The notes: generated from the sequence alone by a model not told the origin. A stretch of DNA of 62,582 bases, filler included, from Asterionella formosa (GCA_002256025.1; 23 parts of 23 records of this genome joined end to end with filler, not necessarily neighbours in it); one strand, 5' to 3'. Numbered from the whole stretch's first letter, positions 37,626 through 51,331 are shown. Program-made: numbers and translations.

Positions 37626-39199
37626 CGGGTCTGCAGACGATAATCGCTGCCGCTCTGTCTTCGATTTTCCGAACAACGACAGGAAACCTTGGAAGGCACC
37701 AGGACCGGTTTGGACTGCGGCAGATTTGTCCACAAACTCTTGAGGAAAACCCGGGTGTACCATAACACTGTAGATCAATTCAGGATCTTCTTTTTCCTTC
37801 CTCTTGACGTCCCATCGAAGAATAGCAGCGGAAGGGAACCAGACTTGTGGCTTGTTGTCTTTCGGTTCAGCAGCCTGTGACTTGCCTGACATAGTACTAG
37901 AGTGCTTGAAATGGAAAATGATATCACGGAAGTACTCAAAGTCAGGAAGAACTTCAACAATCGCTCCATTCCTCCCTGAGATCAGGGTAGCATCATGATT
38001 TTCCCTCGCCTCGTCAGTTGCAGGATACGGCTTAGGCAAGAAGGCTAATTGGATCGCAAGCTGTATGATCAATTCTACATAACCTGCAGTCGAAGTGTCG
38101 CTTACATCGAAATTAAATATTGTGAGGTTGATTGTATCATTACATCTCAGAGTTGATCCCCTCAAATAATCAAGACACTGGAAGTGTAGAGAACATATAT
38201 TTGGGTCGTAAATTGGGAGATTTGAAGCTAGAGACTCAGACGATCTGGCTTCGATACCGAATGGCTGAGTTGGACCCTTGCAAAGACCCGAGTAATGCAA
38301 AGCAAACGCACTAGGATCATCTACTGCCTTCAGGCGACAAATAGCATCTGCAACACAAGCTGCATAAGCAAAGACAGTGGACCTAATAGCAATGAGTCCG
38401 CGCGACTGTTGAACACAAATGGTTGCTGCTGAGTAGATACGACAGATACGACGAATAAGGAACAGCAAATTGACTTGCGTTTCTCTTCGCATATCGTTCT
38501 TCCTCCAGAAACAATACGCAGAGTCTAAATGCGGCATCGGAAGGATATTGGTGAGAGCATATTGTGCAGCTGAAGCAGCAAATGCAGGAGCGTTCTTGAA
38601 TAGGCGGCGCTGTTGGAGTAGCAAACTGCAGGCATCTGCAATTCCTTGCAAAGAAGATGTTGCTGTTACTTAATCAGTAGCAATGGGTGGCATGTTTCGT
38701 GAGTAAGGACTACAGCAATCAAAATTTGATCTGGGCAAGGAACTCCCATTTACGCTTTCACGACGTTGTTGTAGTTGTCTTGACAAAGCCTTCCAAACAA
38801 AGGGTGAGCAACTGATCCCGTCTCTGTGCATAACGATGGGATAGTACTACCTTTCGAAAACCAGTCATTCATGGCAGTCACCGACAGGCCGTGATTGTGC
38901 TAATCCGTTACCTTTGATGAGGAATATGACAGTTTCTTGAGAAGCTTATCAAGTAAATCCCACGTACTGGATAGTGAAGTACCTAAAGAACCATTGCCGA
39001 CCAACAAGGGGTCTACAGTCAACGCGTAGTTTGCAAGATTACGACCAGTCAATTTCAAAATACGACTATCTTATCCATAGAATATGGTGGGGCGTTCTCT
39101 ATCTCCGCATAGGTCAAGTCCAGTAAGGCCGAATACTTTGCCGGACTAGCTCCTATTGATGGAGTGGTAGTTAATACCAAACGAGCAAGAGGATGAAAG
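37626..39199 (-). pseudogene. Internal fragment of a large protist protein (tentatively the DUF3638/DUF3645-type giant family), partly disrupted
   Basis: 340-aa open frame 37626-38651 (LPMP...CFW...MRRETQ...ADAICRLKAVDDPSAFALHYSG...EVLPDFEYFRDIIF). The upstream continuation has stops and frameshifts. Family name is from recollection only. Confidence 0.45.
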
Positions 39200-41069
39200 N
39201 NNNNNNNNNNNNNNNNNNNNNNNNNNNNNNNNNNNNNNNNNNNTTAATTAATTAANNNNNNNNNNNNNNNNNNNNNNNNNNNNNNNNNNNNNNNNNNNNT
39301 CGAGCAGTTCCCGTGTCCAGAGACGTGGGATATGCGAGATCATATAGATAAGTCACCTCGACTAGATTGACATAGTTCTGCTTCTCCAGCAGATCCTGAC
39401 AAGCATAAGAAAGCGGATTGCTCATACTATTGAGCTCAACAACTACTGCTTGGTTGCTCATGGTTAATGCCGATGGCGTTGGATCGCAATGCCAACAAGC
39501 GTCCGCTAAATGGTTTGTTGGTTGCTGTTTTGCTGCTGTTTGGGCGGTGTGTTGTGGTGGCGTGCTGGCCGGTTATTTCTTTGCCTTGTGGGGCTGTTAA
39601 GTTTCGTCACATGCTGTACGTCTACAAACCGGTAGATTGGACTAGTACAACTGTTTCTTTCGCTACATAGCCGGCCATTCCGGCGCGGCGCTTTCCGCGG
39701 CAAGTGGAAAGTTCGCCCTTCAGATTATTCACTTCCAAGCGATACTCTCATACCAATCAAGCGTGGATCGACCATGCTAAGGGGTGATTCAGAATGATTA
39801 ATTGTTTTTCGACGAAAACGTTTCTGTTGTGTTATGTATTCAACTGACAGTCATGAAGACAAAGAATGAATCAATTTTTTTGCGGCGAACGAGCACATAC
39901 CGGTATTACTATCTTACTTTCTTTCCAAATCTCTACATGCAATTAAACAAGAATACATAAACTAATTATTTGAATTGGACCGCCGAGCGTGCAGGGATGG
40001 CTTGCACATACCGAATCTCTCAGGAGAACCTGGTACCTGGTACTCCCTACGTATGTAGTGCGTTATGTTGTTTACGCTATGTATGCCCTGTAAGTGCATA
40101 ATGAATGGAACATTCGACATCCTTGCACAGTGCACGTTGTTTAGCATTACATCACACAAGTTATCCTCTGGTATTTGTCTTATCAGTGCTCTTGATGACA
40201 ATCCGTCATCAGAAATTCTTTTCCTTTTAACTGCCCTCCTACGTAATCGCTGATACATGGGAAGTGGCACCTGGTTAACTGGGTACATAGCAAAGCACGT
40301 TTTAGCTTTGATAACAAACCCGGAAAACTGGAAAAATTTGACTACGGGCGTTGTTGCATGTGAATGCACTGGTACCATAGTACCTGGTACTCCTCCCTGG
40401 TAGTAACTGCTGTACCTGGTACCAGCAAGTTGCGGTAAAATTGCCGAAATGACGATTTGGAAATTTCGGATATGCACGCCTGTAGATCCAATACTGAAGA
40501 ATATAATCTGGCTAGCTCAGAAAACGGTTATCTTTCATTCGTGGCATGATCGTTTTGAATACTATTATGCTAGAATTTGATTCGGCAGGAACTTTTTTAG
40601 GGTCAAACTCATTCCCCCAATCCAAAACCAGCCAATCGAAAAAAACCCAATCCAAAAAAAATTGGGGAGTTTTACCGGAGAGCTAGATTCCGTCGGGGTC
40701 AGATGCGGGCACAAGAGAGGGATCAAAGAACATGATAGTCGACCCACGTACTCATATCATATTACCGGTACCCTAAGAGGTACTGTCCTGCGTTTCGTAC
40801 GTAGCATTGCTTTTATGTGCTTGTTGTTCGTTGTTATCATCGGCAGAACGAAAACGGTCGGCCGACGGGGTTNNNNNNNNNNNNNNNNNNNNNNNNNNNN
40901 NNNNNNNNNNNNNNNNTTAATTAATTAANNNNNNNNNNNNNNNNNNNNNNNNNNNNNNNNNNNNNNNNNNNNTACTACCTGGTACCGGTAGTAACTCGTC
41001 AGCCTGGCTAATTATCGCGCCAGTTAAATTCATAAAAGCAATATCATGATAACTACCGGGTAGGTATGC

Positions 41070-42025
41070 CAGAACATATGGTGTTCTGTTGCTCGCTTAT
41101 TACTCCGACTATTGGTTTTAGTTTTACGATCATACAATCCTAGAACTATGATGATTTATTGTCCCACTGCAGTAGCAACAGTCCTGAACATATGGTGTTC
41201 TGTTGCTAGTTTACTACTCCGACTACCCCCACCAGCATATCACTTACTACCTGCTACTGGTACTCTGTATATATATATGATATATTGTTATTGTCATATG
41301 ATGTACCGGTACACATGAAGAGCTCCCGCCCAAAAAGGGGGCTTAAACAATTTGCCACCATAACCCTGGCGGTTATGACTTACACGGTTCACGTAGTCGT
41401 GGAAAACAATGGACATATAGTGCATTGAGTATTTTCGAATTATGTATATGCGAGTATGATCATCTCAACCATATCAGATGTTCCATATCGAGAGCGCCTT
41501 TGAATTTTATAAAATGTATTACGCTATATATATATATATATTTACAAATTTTATTACTATATTCATGGCCAATATATTTTTCAAATCGTTCTGTCACGTT
41601 AACAATCAATGCCTGCTGCTTCATGAAAAGATACGTCGTAGTAAAGCACATGACAGCAAAGAAAGTTTACGCAATACATAACGAAAAACATTGTGACTTC
41701 GACACATTGCGCATTCGAAGGATGGAGAATGTTTAAGGTAATGAAGCCATCAATGTGCGTGGTACTTGGATGACAATCGTTGGGAGGCAGGCAGGCAGCA
41801 CAACAACAAATTGTTAACTAAACGCACATTTCCTTTTTTCTCAGTTGATTCAACAGCTCAAACAAAACCAAACCAAATTGCGTAAGTGCTCTTGTCGCTC
41901 GTTGGACCTATTCACTTCTGTTGGAACAAAGCTATCATGACTACTAGCTAACAAATCATTCCTTCTCATTGTTTCTGTAACTGCATAGGACCATAAAACC
42001 AATCAAACAACGGAATAGTCGGCGA
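41070..42025 (+). repeat. Interspersed repeat family A, copy 4
   Basis: Homologous to 30146-31462 with internal deletions. Confidence 0.85.
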
Positions 42026-42027
42026 AA

Positions 42028-42485
42028 AATGCTAGTATGGCTTGTCAGCTCACGCATTGTTGTTGACAACAGGCAGGGACAATGAGGTCCGGAATGGAAG
42101 TTTTTCTGGTAAGATTACTGCGCTATTTTGACGGCTATATGAGCAACGCTACTGATAACTCACACTGATCTTCCTCTACATTCAATTGACATTGCAGCAA
42201 ACCCTTTCAATTCAGGAGCATTCGGATGAAATCCAAAAGAACTCTGCAATACAGTTGAATGGTGAGTGTGTTCTTGTTGTGTACCTAAATGCTAGTATGG
42301 CTTGTCAGCTCACGCATTGTTGTTGACAACAGGCAGGGACAATGAGGTCCGGAATGGAAGTTGTTCTGGTAAGATTGCTGCGCTATTTTGACGGCTATAT
42401 GAGCAACGCTACTGATATCTCACACTGATCTTCCTCTACATTCAATTGACATTGCAGCAAACCCTTTCAGTGCAGGAGCATTCGC
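42028..42485. repeat. Tandem duplication, 260-bp period
   Basis: AATGCTAGTATGGCTTGTCAGCTCACGC...CAGGAGCATTCG at 42028 and 42288, nearly identical. Confidence 0.9.
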
Positions 42486-42779
42486 ATGCCGTTCCGAATG
42501 AGCAGGCTTTATTTCATTAATGAAACTCTTAAATTTAGTTGAATGNNNNNNNNNNNNNNNNNNNNNNNNNNNNNNNNNNNNNNNNNNNNTTAATTAATTA
42601 ANNNNNNNNNNNNNNNNNNNNNNNNNNNNNNNNNNNNNNNNNNNNTATGCCCTGTTTGTTTAATTCCTATGAAATCTCGCTCTTGATCTGTTCTGCGCTT
42701 TTTCGCCACAATTGTTTTCATTGACTGTTTCACTGGACAGCATTCGAATTGATTGTGCTTTGAACGAAGCAATGATCAA

Positions 42780-44000
42780 AGTCCACCCCATTGCAGAATG
42801 GTGAGTCTCACAACTAGTAAGTATCAGCCAGTCGATTAAAATTGTACTGTCTTTTGTGCACCCTCTCTCATTGTGTTTGTACTGGACTTGGCAGCTATCA
42901 GCCAAGCAAGAGCAGCCATGGTATTCCACCATTTATTGTCTATACAAGTTTCGAATGCGTTCAGCTATGATATCTTTTGCTCCCCCCTCCTCCTAAACAC
43001 TATCTCACCACCCTTGTCGTAGATTTTTCTTCATCCTTTGGCTTCACAGGCCCAGGTTACTCAATGCCTTCATCTGCAAGGAGTTAAGTCAGGCAGGCCC
43101 ACGTTAGCGTCAAGAAAACCTCAACCCCGATTTTCCTTACATGCTCCACCTATTGACTTCTTCATTGATGAAGTCGAGGTAGCTATATTGACGACATCAG
43201 GTGGCGCAGGCTTGTGTATAGCTAGATTGATGATGCTGAAAGCATTGCTTCCTTTTCCCGTAGGTACCTATTTGTCAACATTGTTTGGGTCAATCCATTC
43301 TTGTTCCCGCAAGGAGACCAGAAGCAATAATCCCTTTACTTCTCCTCCCAAGAACCTTAATTTCTCTTTCACAATTGTCCTGATGTTTGCAGAGCATTTT
43401 TAGTTGTTCCTTTTTGATTTTTCCACTGGTTTCGATCCCTTTTGCATTCAAATCAAGAAAAAAGCAACATATTGAGATTTCTGGAGGTTTTGGTCAGTGG
43501 CACCATAAAGCAACAATCAACAGATCATGGCGGCTGTTATCCATTTTCTGTAGCAAGTGACATTCAAGAAGGGACTGGTAGGATTCTCTGTGTTTGCCCC
43601 CACCCGTTTGGAAGCCATTCTACCATTGCTTCCTCTCAATCAATACTAGCTAGTATAGCTAATGAAAACCGTAATTAGATGAAATGTGACTTCCGGTTTC
43701 TAATATTTTACATTGTTGCACTAATGAAACTTGAATCCATAAATGGGCATTCAACTTGTGCTTGCTTCTTGCATTTTTGCAGTATAGACTGGCTGGTGGG
43801 CGATAGAAAGGAAAGTGTCTCGCTTTTCATGAACATCGACAAGGTACTAGTGCTTTTGTTGAGGTTTGTGTCTAAATCCAACTGCTGCCATCCATTGAAA
43901 TATTCCAGATACATCAAAGAATAGCTACGCTCCTGTCTTCAAAGGTAAGGAACTAGTACGATGACAAAGAAAATCTAATGAGACATGAAAATTTCGAAAC
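42780..44000 (-). mobile_element. Decayed IS630/Tc1-like transposase remnant, copy 2
   Basis: Near-duplicate of 8381-9540. LADEGIE* at ~43055-43080, a KGLL...REQEWID block (cf. KGLLQVLWERGWID) and a C-terminal ETHHSAM (cf. KTHR.A.D). Confidence 0.55.
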
Positions 44001-44213
44001 CACATCTAAGACGCGAAATACGCCACTTTTCGAAATTTCGTCTACGTATGAGTGTTAATTATGTGGTACTTCACATGCATTAATGCCACTCTTCACGTAA
44101 AAAAGATTACTTTTAACTGTTTTATGTGAAGTTTTAACTGTTTCATGTGAAGTTTTCACAATGAATTTTGAACGCGAGACTGAATTAGTTGATGTTTCAA
44201 ATAATTCATTTGA
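44001..44213 (+). mobile_element. CAC-terminated element end adjoining the Tc1-like remnant
   Basis: Reverse complement of part of 3355-3622. The paralogue at ~9535 lacks it. Confidence 0.65.
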
Positions 44214-44449
44214 NNNNNNNNNNNNNNNNNNNNNNNNNNNNNNNNNNNNNNNNNNNNTTAATTAATTAANNNNNNNNNNNNNNNNNNNNNNNNNNNNNNN
44301 NNNNNNNNNNNNNCTATAGAGTTCTACATGAAGAGACAATAGTGAATGTACTGTAATTATGTATGCACTCATTGAACTATAAACGTTAGCTTGCCGGCGC
44401 GAGCCACAATCTAAACCAATAGAAATGCTCCTTTTATTTGGCTACGGTC

Positions 44450-44643
44450 GGAGTCTAATCGACCAACTACCTGATATTTGGTCGATAAGGGGGTCATCCT
44501 CGATCAAGACCAAAGCATATTTGGTCTTGGTCGATGCGGTGGCTAAAATTTTTTTGCTTTTTCGACCAACACAACGCATCATGACGTGTAATGACCCGCA
44601 ACTTCAATTGGATTGGTATTTGGTCGATGTGGTGGCGATGCTC
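44450..44643. mobile_element. Right end of a Harbinger-like element (TIR 5'-GAGCATCGCCAC)
   Basis: ...TTGGTATTTGGTCGATGTGGTGGCGATGCTC|TCA. The same terminus occurs at 57223 followed by TAA. Repeated TTGGTCGAT subterminal motif. Confidence 0.6.
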
Positions 44644-44650
44644 TCATTAA

Positions 44651-45885
44651 GGTTGCTGCATTTGAACCCCTAGCTCGAGGTAGGGTTAAGAAAATAATAT
44701 TCAGTCAGACTAATCAAACACGTACTTTACACATATAAATTAAAAATGTATAACGCTCATCGGAGCTTTCACCAATAGACACCCTTTCCATATGCTTAAA
44801 TACCAGGTACAGTCTTCGGACAAAGTAGGGGTGTAGGCTCACTCAATATATCGTCAGTATATAGGATCTGGTCAGAAACTGCAGAAAGGAACTTCGGTTT
44901 TTTAGCTATGCTAAAAAGACTCGAAATTTCGGGGGAAATCTGTTTATTTGGCATAGTAAAAAAGCCGAAGTTCCTTTCTGCAGTTTCTCGCCAGAAGTTA
45001 TAAACTGGAGCTATTTAAAAGTTACCTATGTATCTAAATCGCCGTCAGACCCAGCAAACGTTTAGCTATCGTCGTCCAAAAACTCGACAAAATCGGCCTT
45101 TTCTACGGTCGCCAAAATATCGGAATCAGAATTATTAAGTGCCGAAACGTCATCATTGGAAAGGCAGTCGTGTGCCGGAATTTTTAGTCCTAAAATCTCC
45201 TGTCCGAAAAATTCCATTGTAAGTACCCGCTTCCACATACATAATATGATTGGTGAGCATGAAGTACATTCCTCTGTTTGATTGGCCTGGTTTGCGAGGT
45301 CGTGCAAACCCACGCTGGCCACATTGGATTAACATGTAACATTTTCTTGGGTGTACTGACAGTCCGGTTCTATATTCACGACGGGTACCAGTAGATGATC
45401 ATCATTGGACATACCGGTACGCGTACCGCTCCTTGGGTGCACTTTCAAATATTTGCCGAGCCGCCGGGTCGTATACATGACCCATATTCGTCGATAGGAG
45501 TATACATTGTAGTACTGGTGTATGCACATGAAGCGATGTAGAACCTAAATATATATATATATATATGTGTGTATTAAACGATTTGAATATGTCGAACGGA
45601 TTCAATGCATAGCATATAAAATCGTTAATCGGAGTATAGAGTGTCCATGCATACATGTTGATCGTATTTTAGCATATATATACATTCAGCGACTTAGAGT
45701 GTCAATATATATATTTAGCGATTTTGACAAGGAATCTATGTACGTATTCGCAAATTTCCACTGATTCAAATATTTCAAATGGAATCACGTCATTCAAAAA
45801 TAGCTAATTAAATTCTTAATTCCAGGGATTTTTCGCAACCCTAAGCAATATTTTAATTTTTGCCTAGGGGTTCAAATGCAGCAAC
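44651..45885. mobile_element. Non-autonomous Kolobok-type element
   Basis: TTAA|GGTTGCTGCATTTGAACCCCTAG ... CTAGGGGTTCAAATGCAGCAAC (22-bp perfect match, last base lost at contig end). TTAA plus RR termini fit Kolobok. Internal sequence is homologous to 8150-8280, downstream of the Kolobok-type transposase. Confidence 0.8.
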
Positions 45886-47814
45886 NNNNNNNNNNNNNNN
45901 NNNNNNNNNNNNNNNNNNNNNNNNNNNNNTTAATTAATTAANNNNNNNNNNNNNNNNNNNNNNNNNNNNNNNNNNNNNNNNNNNNGGATGAACCAGGAAT
46001 AATTGGTAGAATACAACATAATAACAGCTGTTGCAAAACTGATAGTAACAATTTACTACAATGTCTGTTTTGAAAAATCTGCAATCACAATCCAGCAGCA
46101 CGCCAAATAAAACAGCATCTCAACACAAGCAATAACAGGAGGGGAAATGGTACAGCTGGTTCAGTCAAAGCTTGGTATTCCTTTGACTCTATACAGTGCT
46201 GGTATGGTCCAGAAAAATGTCGAGATACCCAAATAATTATGCGTACATAATTGATACAACTAGATATATGAATAGACCTAAACCACGTCCAAACAGCAAT
46301 GAAATCATCAATTTCTCACCATTGGATAAATGTATGCAGACCGGGCCATGATTGCCTTGACGTTAATGCACTTGCCAGACCTTAGTCGCATGCTGGGCTG
46401 TAAGAAATGAGCTAGAAAGGTTGTAAAAAGACTCAATTCACAGTTACTCCAATGAGAGTGATTGTTATTTTCGATACGCACACCATAACTATTGAGCGAA
46501 GGTTCATGGCCTCTCTTGGCAATGCAGCCAGTCAGGGTTTAAAGAACTCCACAAAGAAGTTGAGCCAAGATTTGTATACTTGATTCACAACAAAAACTTG
46601 AAAGCAAAGAAATGTGGCAGGATTGTCTAAGTGCTCGAAAAAAAATGAGGCTGTGGCAACTCTTATTTTTGTGGAGCAAGATATTTATATCCTTGCTTAT
46701 TAAAACTGTGAGTATGTACTTTATCAAAGGAAAAAAATTACAGAATTCCCGGGTCAGTAAGATGCTTTTATATTGAAATTCTATTCGAATGCTCGGAAAA
46801 AATTCTGTAGAACGCTTGTAATTACCTGAGATAAAATATTTTGATAAAAAATCGCTTTTTCACAAGAATCGTTTAGGAACGTATATTGACTTACCCCAAA
46901 CAAGAATCTGTGTTAATATTTTCAATCTTTATTATTAGTTTTTTTGCCATCAACTTTGCGTTGGATAAATTGTTAAAGAATTTTGGATTGGATAAATTTG
47001 AAAGAATTTTGAATTGTTATCTTTTTTCAAGCCCGGCTTCTGATATGGCTTTCAATCTCCTTATATTATGGTATTCATTCCTCTTCTTTCTTGTGGAAGC
47101 AGCGAAAACGATGATATTGAATGATATGTTGCGCAATGGAAATCGTTATATTCTTCAAGTCGGACATGGCAAACCACACAAAGAACAGATTGGCAAAAGT
47201 TTCAAGCAACACAACAATCACCAGATCAGCGGGGACAATGGAAGCTGTAGCGATGGAGTAGTGGTGGAAAATGCGATTCTCAGATGCATTGTTCGGAGAC
47301 TTTCTATTCGTCAATTACATGCAAATTATCTAGCAAAAGACCTACTGATCCATGAGATCGTCAAGATAATTATTATTTCCTATAGTTTGCTATCATTTAC
47401 CCTGTCTATGAAGTCACTGGTTCTATGTATCCACTTAAATTTCGGTGAAACTCGAAAAAAGTTTGACACTGAAGTTTGTGGTATACCTAACCAATTTATA
47501 AGCTCGGAATTTGTTGTGATGCAGTGATACTATTTTGGTGAAGAAAGGGAGTGGCTNNNNNNNNNNNNNNNNNNNNNNNNNNNNNNNNNNNNNNNNNNNN
47601 TTAATTAATTAANNNNNNNNNNNNNNNNNNNNNNNNNNNNNNNNNNNNNNNNNNNNTTGTGAAATGAGAATGATGGACGCATGGTGGTGACGAGATATTA
47701 AAATTGTTTGCTACTACCAGTATTGACCTCATTATACTATGTATGTAGTCGAGAGTCAATGTAGTACACATAATACAATTACCGGTTTACTATTATCTTC
47801 ATTAGTTTGCAGAC

Positions 47815-47860
47815 AGTTGACAGTCGACAGTCGACAGTCGACAGTTGACAGTTGACAGTC
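47815..47860. repeat. 7-bp tandem repeat (GACAGTY)n
   Basis: About 6 units of GACAGTC/GACAGTT. Confidence 0.9.
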
Positions 47861-49494
47861 CTCGATATAGTGTATAGTATACATGCATACCTGCCATGTG
47901 TACATAATGTAAATATAAACCGGTTTTCAAAAACAGTTATAAACTATCCATACCTTGCATTGAAGGTCATTTTTGAAATTACCTGACATAGGAGAAAAAA
48001 GGCCAATTTTCTTGTTCTATTGGCAAGAGCACAGATTCGCAACCCTAACAATAAAGCTAGCTTACATGAGGTCAAGCATTGTCTGATAAATTAATTTTTC
48101 ACCTTGCATTGGATTCCAATAACCGGTACTAGGTATTTTCGTTTTCTTTGCGGCCTTCCAAATTTTTTTGATTGCCCAGCAGTTTCGCCAATCCCCCATT
48201 GTTGCTACATCTGTTCGTGGAATTTCTTGTGTATTCGTTTTCCTTGTCCCTTCTGATCTGTTGATTGTTGCTTGTGTTGCTTGAACCTTCGCCAATCGAT
48301 TTCCTCTCTGGTTGACAGTGTCCAACTTGAAGGATATTTCGACTTCCATTCTTGTTGTGAAAGTTCTCTTTCAAATCAACTCATTCTCAGAGCCATATTC
48401 TTGTCGTTATCGCTGCTTCCACAAGAAAAGGGAAGAATGAAAATGGGCAAATGGTTGAGTGAGATTCTGGTGGACAAAGTTTCAATGGAGACGTATGCAT
48501 TGTGAATCATTGTAGTACTTACACACCAGGCAACATTCACTTTCCATCACCACACAACAATCAACAACCGAAAGAAGAAGAAAAAAAGCTGAATCCAATG
48601 TAGACCTGCATCGTTATGTAGCGTAAATGGTCTGGTTTCCGCAACCATGCGCATCGCTGTAGTAGCCTGACACCAGTAGCAGTATTTCCGCCACAGTCAT
48701 TCCTCTCCGCTGCCCACCAAACAAGCAACCCTGATCATTCCATTCTGAGCAAGCGTGATCGCCACGCTGCTCCAGAACTATTGACTCTCTCTAGCTGAGT
48801 AATCATGTAGCTTCTGATACGAACTCGTAGTAGAAATGTAGCAAAGCGCGTTAGTACAAGAAAAGCATTGCTTGGCGGCAATATTGACATCATTGTCAAC
48901 GACTATACAAATCAACAAATACGATCAACCACGGCACAATACCACATCTCAATGAGTAGTCATTGATGAATGCATTGGTTCTTATGTAGATATGTACAAT
49001 CGAAAGAAAACAACAGTGCGTAACGACAAACAACGATGGAAGCGATCAAAACAAACCACGGAAGCAATCAAATCGGAAAGTCGGCCCGATAAATAAAATC
49101 TACAATCCACATTCAGTGTTTCACTGTTGTACTCACCGATCCGCTTCAACTAGCATAACAAGCAGCAGACGATGGGATAAAAGAAAGACGAACGTTGCCT
49201 ATTGCAAGCCCGAATAGAGCAAAGNNNNNNNNNNNNNNNNNNNNNNNNNNNNNNNNNNNNNNNNNNNNTTAATTAATTAANNNNNNNNNNNNNNNNNNNN
49301 NNNNNNNNNNNNNNNNNNNNNNNNGATCAGCAAAGGCGAAGAATTCCAAAGACAATGCATATCTACATGATTGATCCAAAAAAATTCCTTCTATTCCTAC
49401 TTTACCTCCTTCTGACCCTACCTTACCTCCTTTTGATCCTACTTTACCCGCCTTTTCCCCAACTGATAGTTACTGGATTGAAAATGTCCAACAG

Positions 49495-50895
49495 GTGCGG
49501 TTCGACGACTGTGTTAGTAGGGGAATCTTATATCGCCCTAAAATTGTGAAGGAAATGATGAAAGTGGTTGAAGATGCCTTCAAGAAAGAGCGTCGGACTG
49601 GAATCATGATCAAAGGACCGCATGGAATTGGTAGGTCGCACTCACTTGTCAACTTGGTTCGTAACCTGAAATATAACAGCAGCTGCAAGTACCTCGTAAC
49701 TTTCATTCCAGACTGTCAAGAATGGAATGATGTTAACGAGTTGTACACTGCAATCTGTAGATCATTTGGTACTTCCTTACCGGCTCTCTCATGGAAGGTA
49801 GGCTCAGACAAGGACGAAAAAATGAGAGATCTCAATACTTTTGTCAATGCCATTGACTTGATTCTTCAACATATGAAGAAGAAATGGGTCCTAGTTTCCG
49901 ATCAGATTAACAGATTGTTTGCTCGACCAGAGCTAAACAAATCTGTTGATCTGGGTACGCTTCCCTTTCCTTTTCGTGTCATCAACAGCATAATGAAGGG
50001 CGACCGCATTGTCTCCATCATTTCGGCTTCCGCAAACAACGAGATTGCCTAGAGGGAAAGTCATCGCGGGTTTGAGGAATACAATCACCCTTGCAAAATG
50101 AATTTAGCAGAAATAGAGCTTGCCTTTAAAGTGGCTATACGGAATGACGGCAAAGAAATATTAAAGGTGACTGGTGGGGTGCCCTTACAAGTGAGGAATC
50201 TGATTTCCTTCAACTTTTCAATTGCCAATTATGAAAAGGGTGAATTGTGCTCAATTCTATTTTCTCTTGGAAAATTGCATGACACGAAAACGGAATTAGA
50301 GTATGAGGGTATCACAATATCAGCAGTTGGTTGCATTTTGTCAAATACAGGCAATGCCATGTATTATGACAGAAAGTATTGGAGGGTCTCACTCATCACT
50401 ACGAGCCATTGTATCCTTTGGTGTTGGTAGCATATCAAACCTTCTTTTGGGAGGACATACTGGCATATGTCGAAACACACGAGGAATTACTTTTGTTAGT
50501 CTGTGCCAACCTTAGTACAACAAATGGCACTCGTGGTCGGATTTTTGAATTTCTTGGTGATCAAGCACTGTTCAATCAATGCAAATGTTACTTTTTTGAA
50601 AGGATTTTCGGCATTGAAGAAATGCAATCTCATTGAAACTTTTCCCCCAAAGAGTAACTTTCCCTTAATAGATCCCCTTCCCTCCAATGTGTTGCCAAAA
50701 ATCATGAACAAAAATGGAATGTATGTTCCCCGAAACTCTGATCTCATCTGGAAGTGTGGCGATAGTGTGTGTGGTGTCCAGGTACATGTTTCCAAACATC
50801 ACAATGTACTGAAAAAGTTTACAGAAATGTGTAAAAAGGCGGGATGGCTTACAAAGTTTAAGAAGATTTATTTGCTTTGTTTAAGTCCTGAACAA
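49495..50895 (+). pseudogene. Crinkler (CR)-like P-loop NTPase + restriction-endonuclease-fold protein, disrupted
   Basis: Walker A-like GPHGIGRSHSL, Walker B-like WVLVSDQIN, SASANNE, TGGVPL, then GRIFE...YVP...D.IW....GVQVHV. TAG at 50050 and frameshifts near 50380 and 50550. Confidence 0.6.
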
Positions 50896-51331
50896 NNNNN
50901 NNNNNNNNNNNNNNNNNNNNNNNNNNNNNNNNNNNNNNNTTAATTAATTAANNNNNNNNNNNNNNNNNNNNNNNNNNNNNNNNNNNNNNNNNNNNGGTAC
51001 AAGGTACCGTTATACTACCGGTAAGCGTGTGGGCGAACCTGCTGGCTGCCTATCATACGAATATCGGAGGCCAACCGGTCGGCGTGGTATGTATTACGGG
51101 CTAGGTGCGGGAATTGCAAACAATACGGACACTGCCTGGTAATAAATATACTTGCTTCGCGTTTTCCAGTCCTTGTTTGCTGATAGTTTGTACCAGACAG
51201 AAGCTAATAATATTATTAGTTATGACAGTTCGTCTTCGCCTTCCGTCAGGTTTGCTTCAATAATTGATTAGAGATAGACAATTGTAATCAATGCCAGGGT
51301 ACGCACTCTGATCTACTATTATACAAACACC

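Noticed and set aside
39660..39790. GC-rich stretch as a possible tRNA or ncRNA (also 51020-51120)
   Set aside because: No cloverleaf, T-loop or recognisable rRNA/snRNA motif; more likely promoter-proximal DNA.
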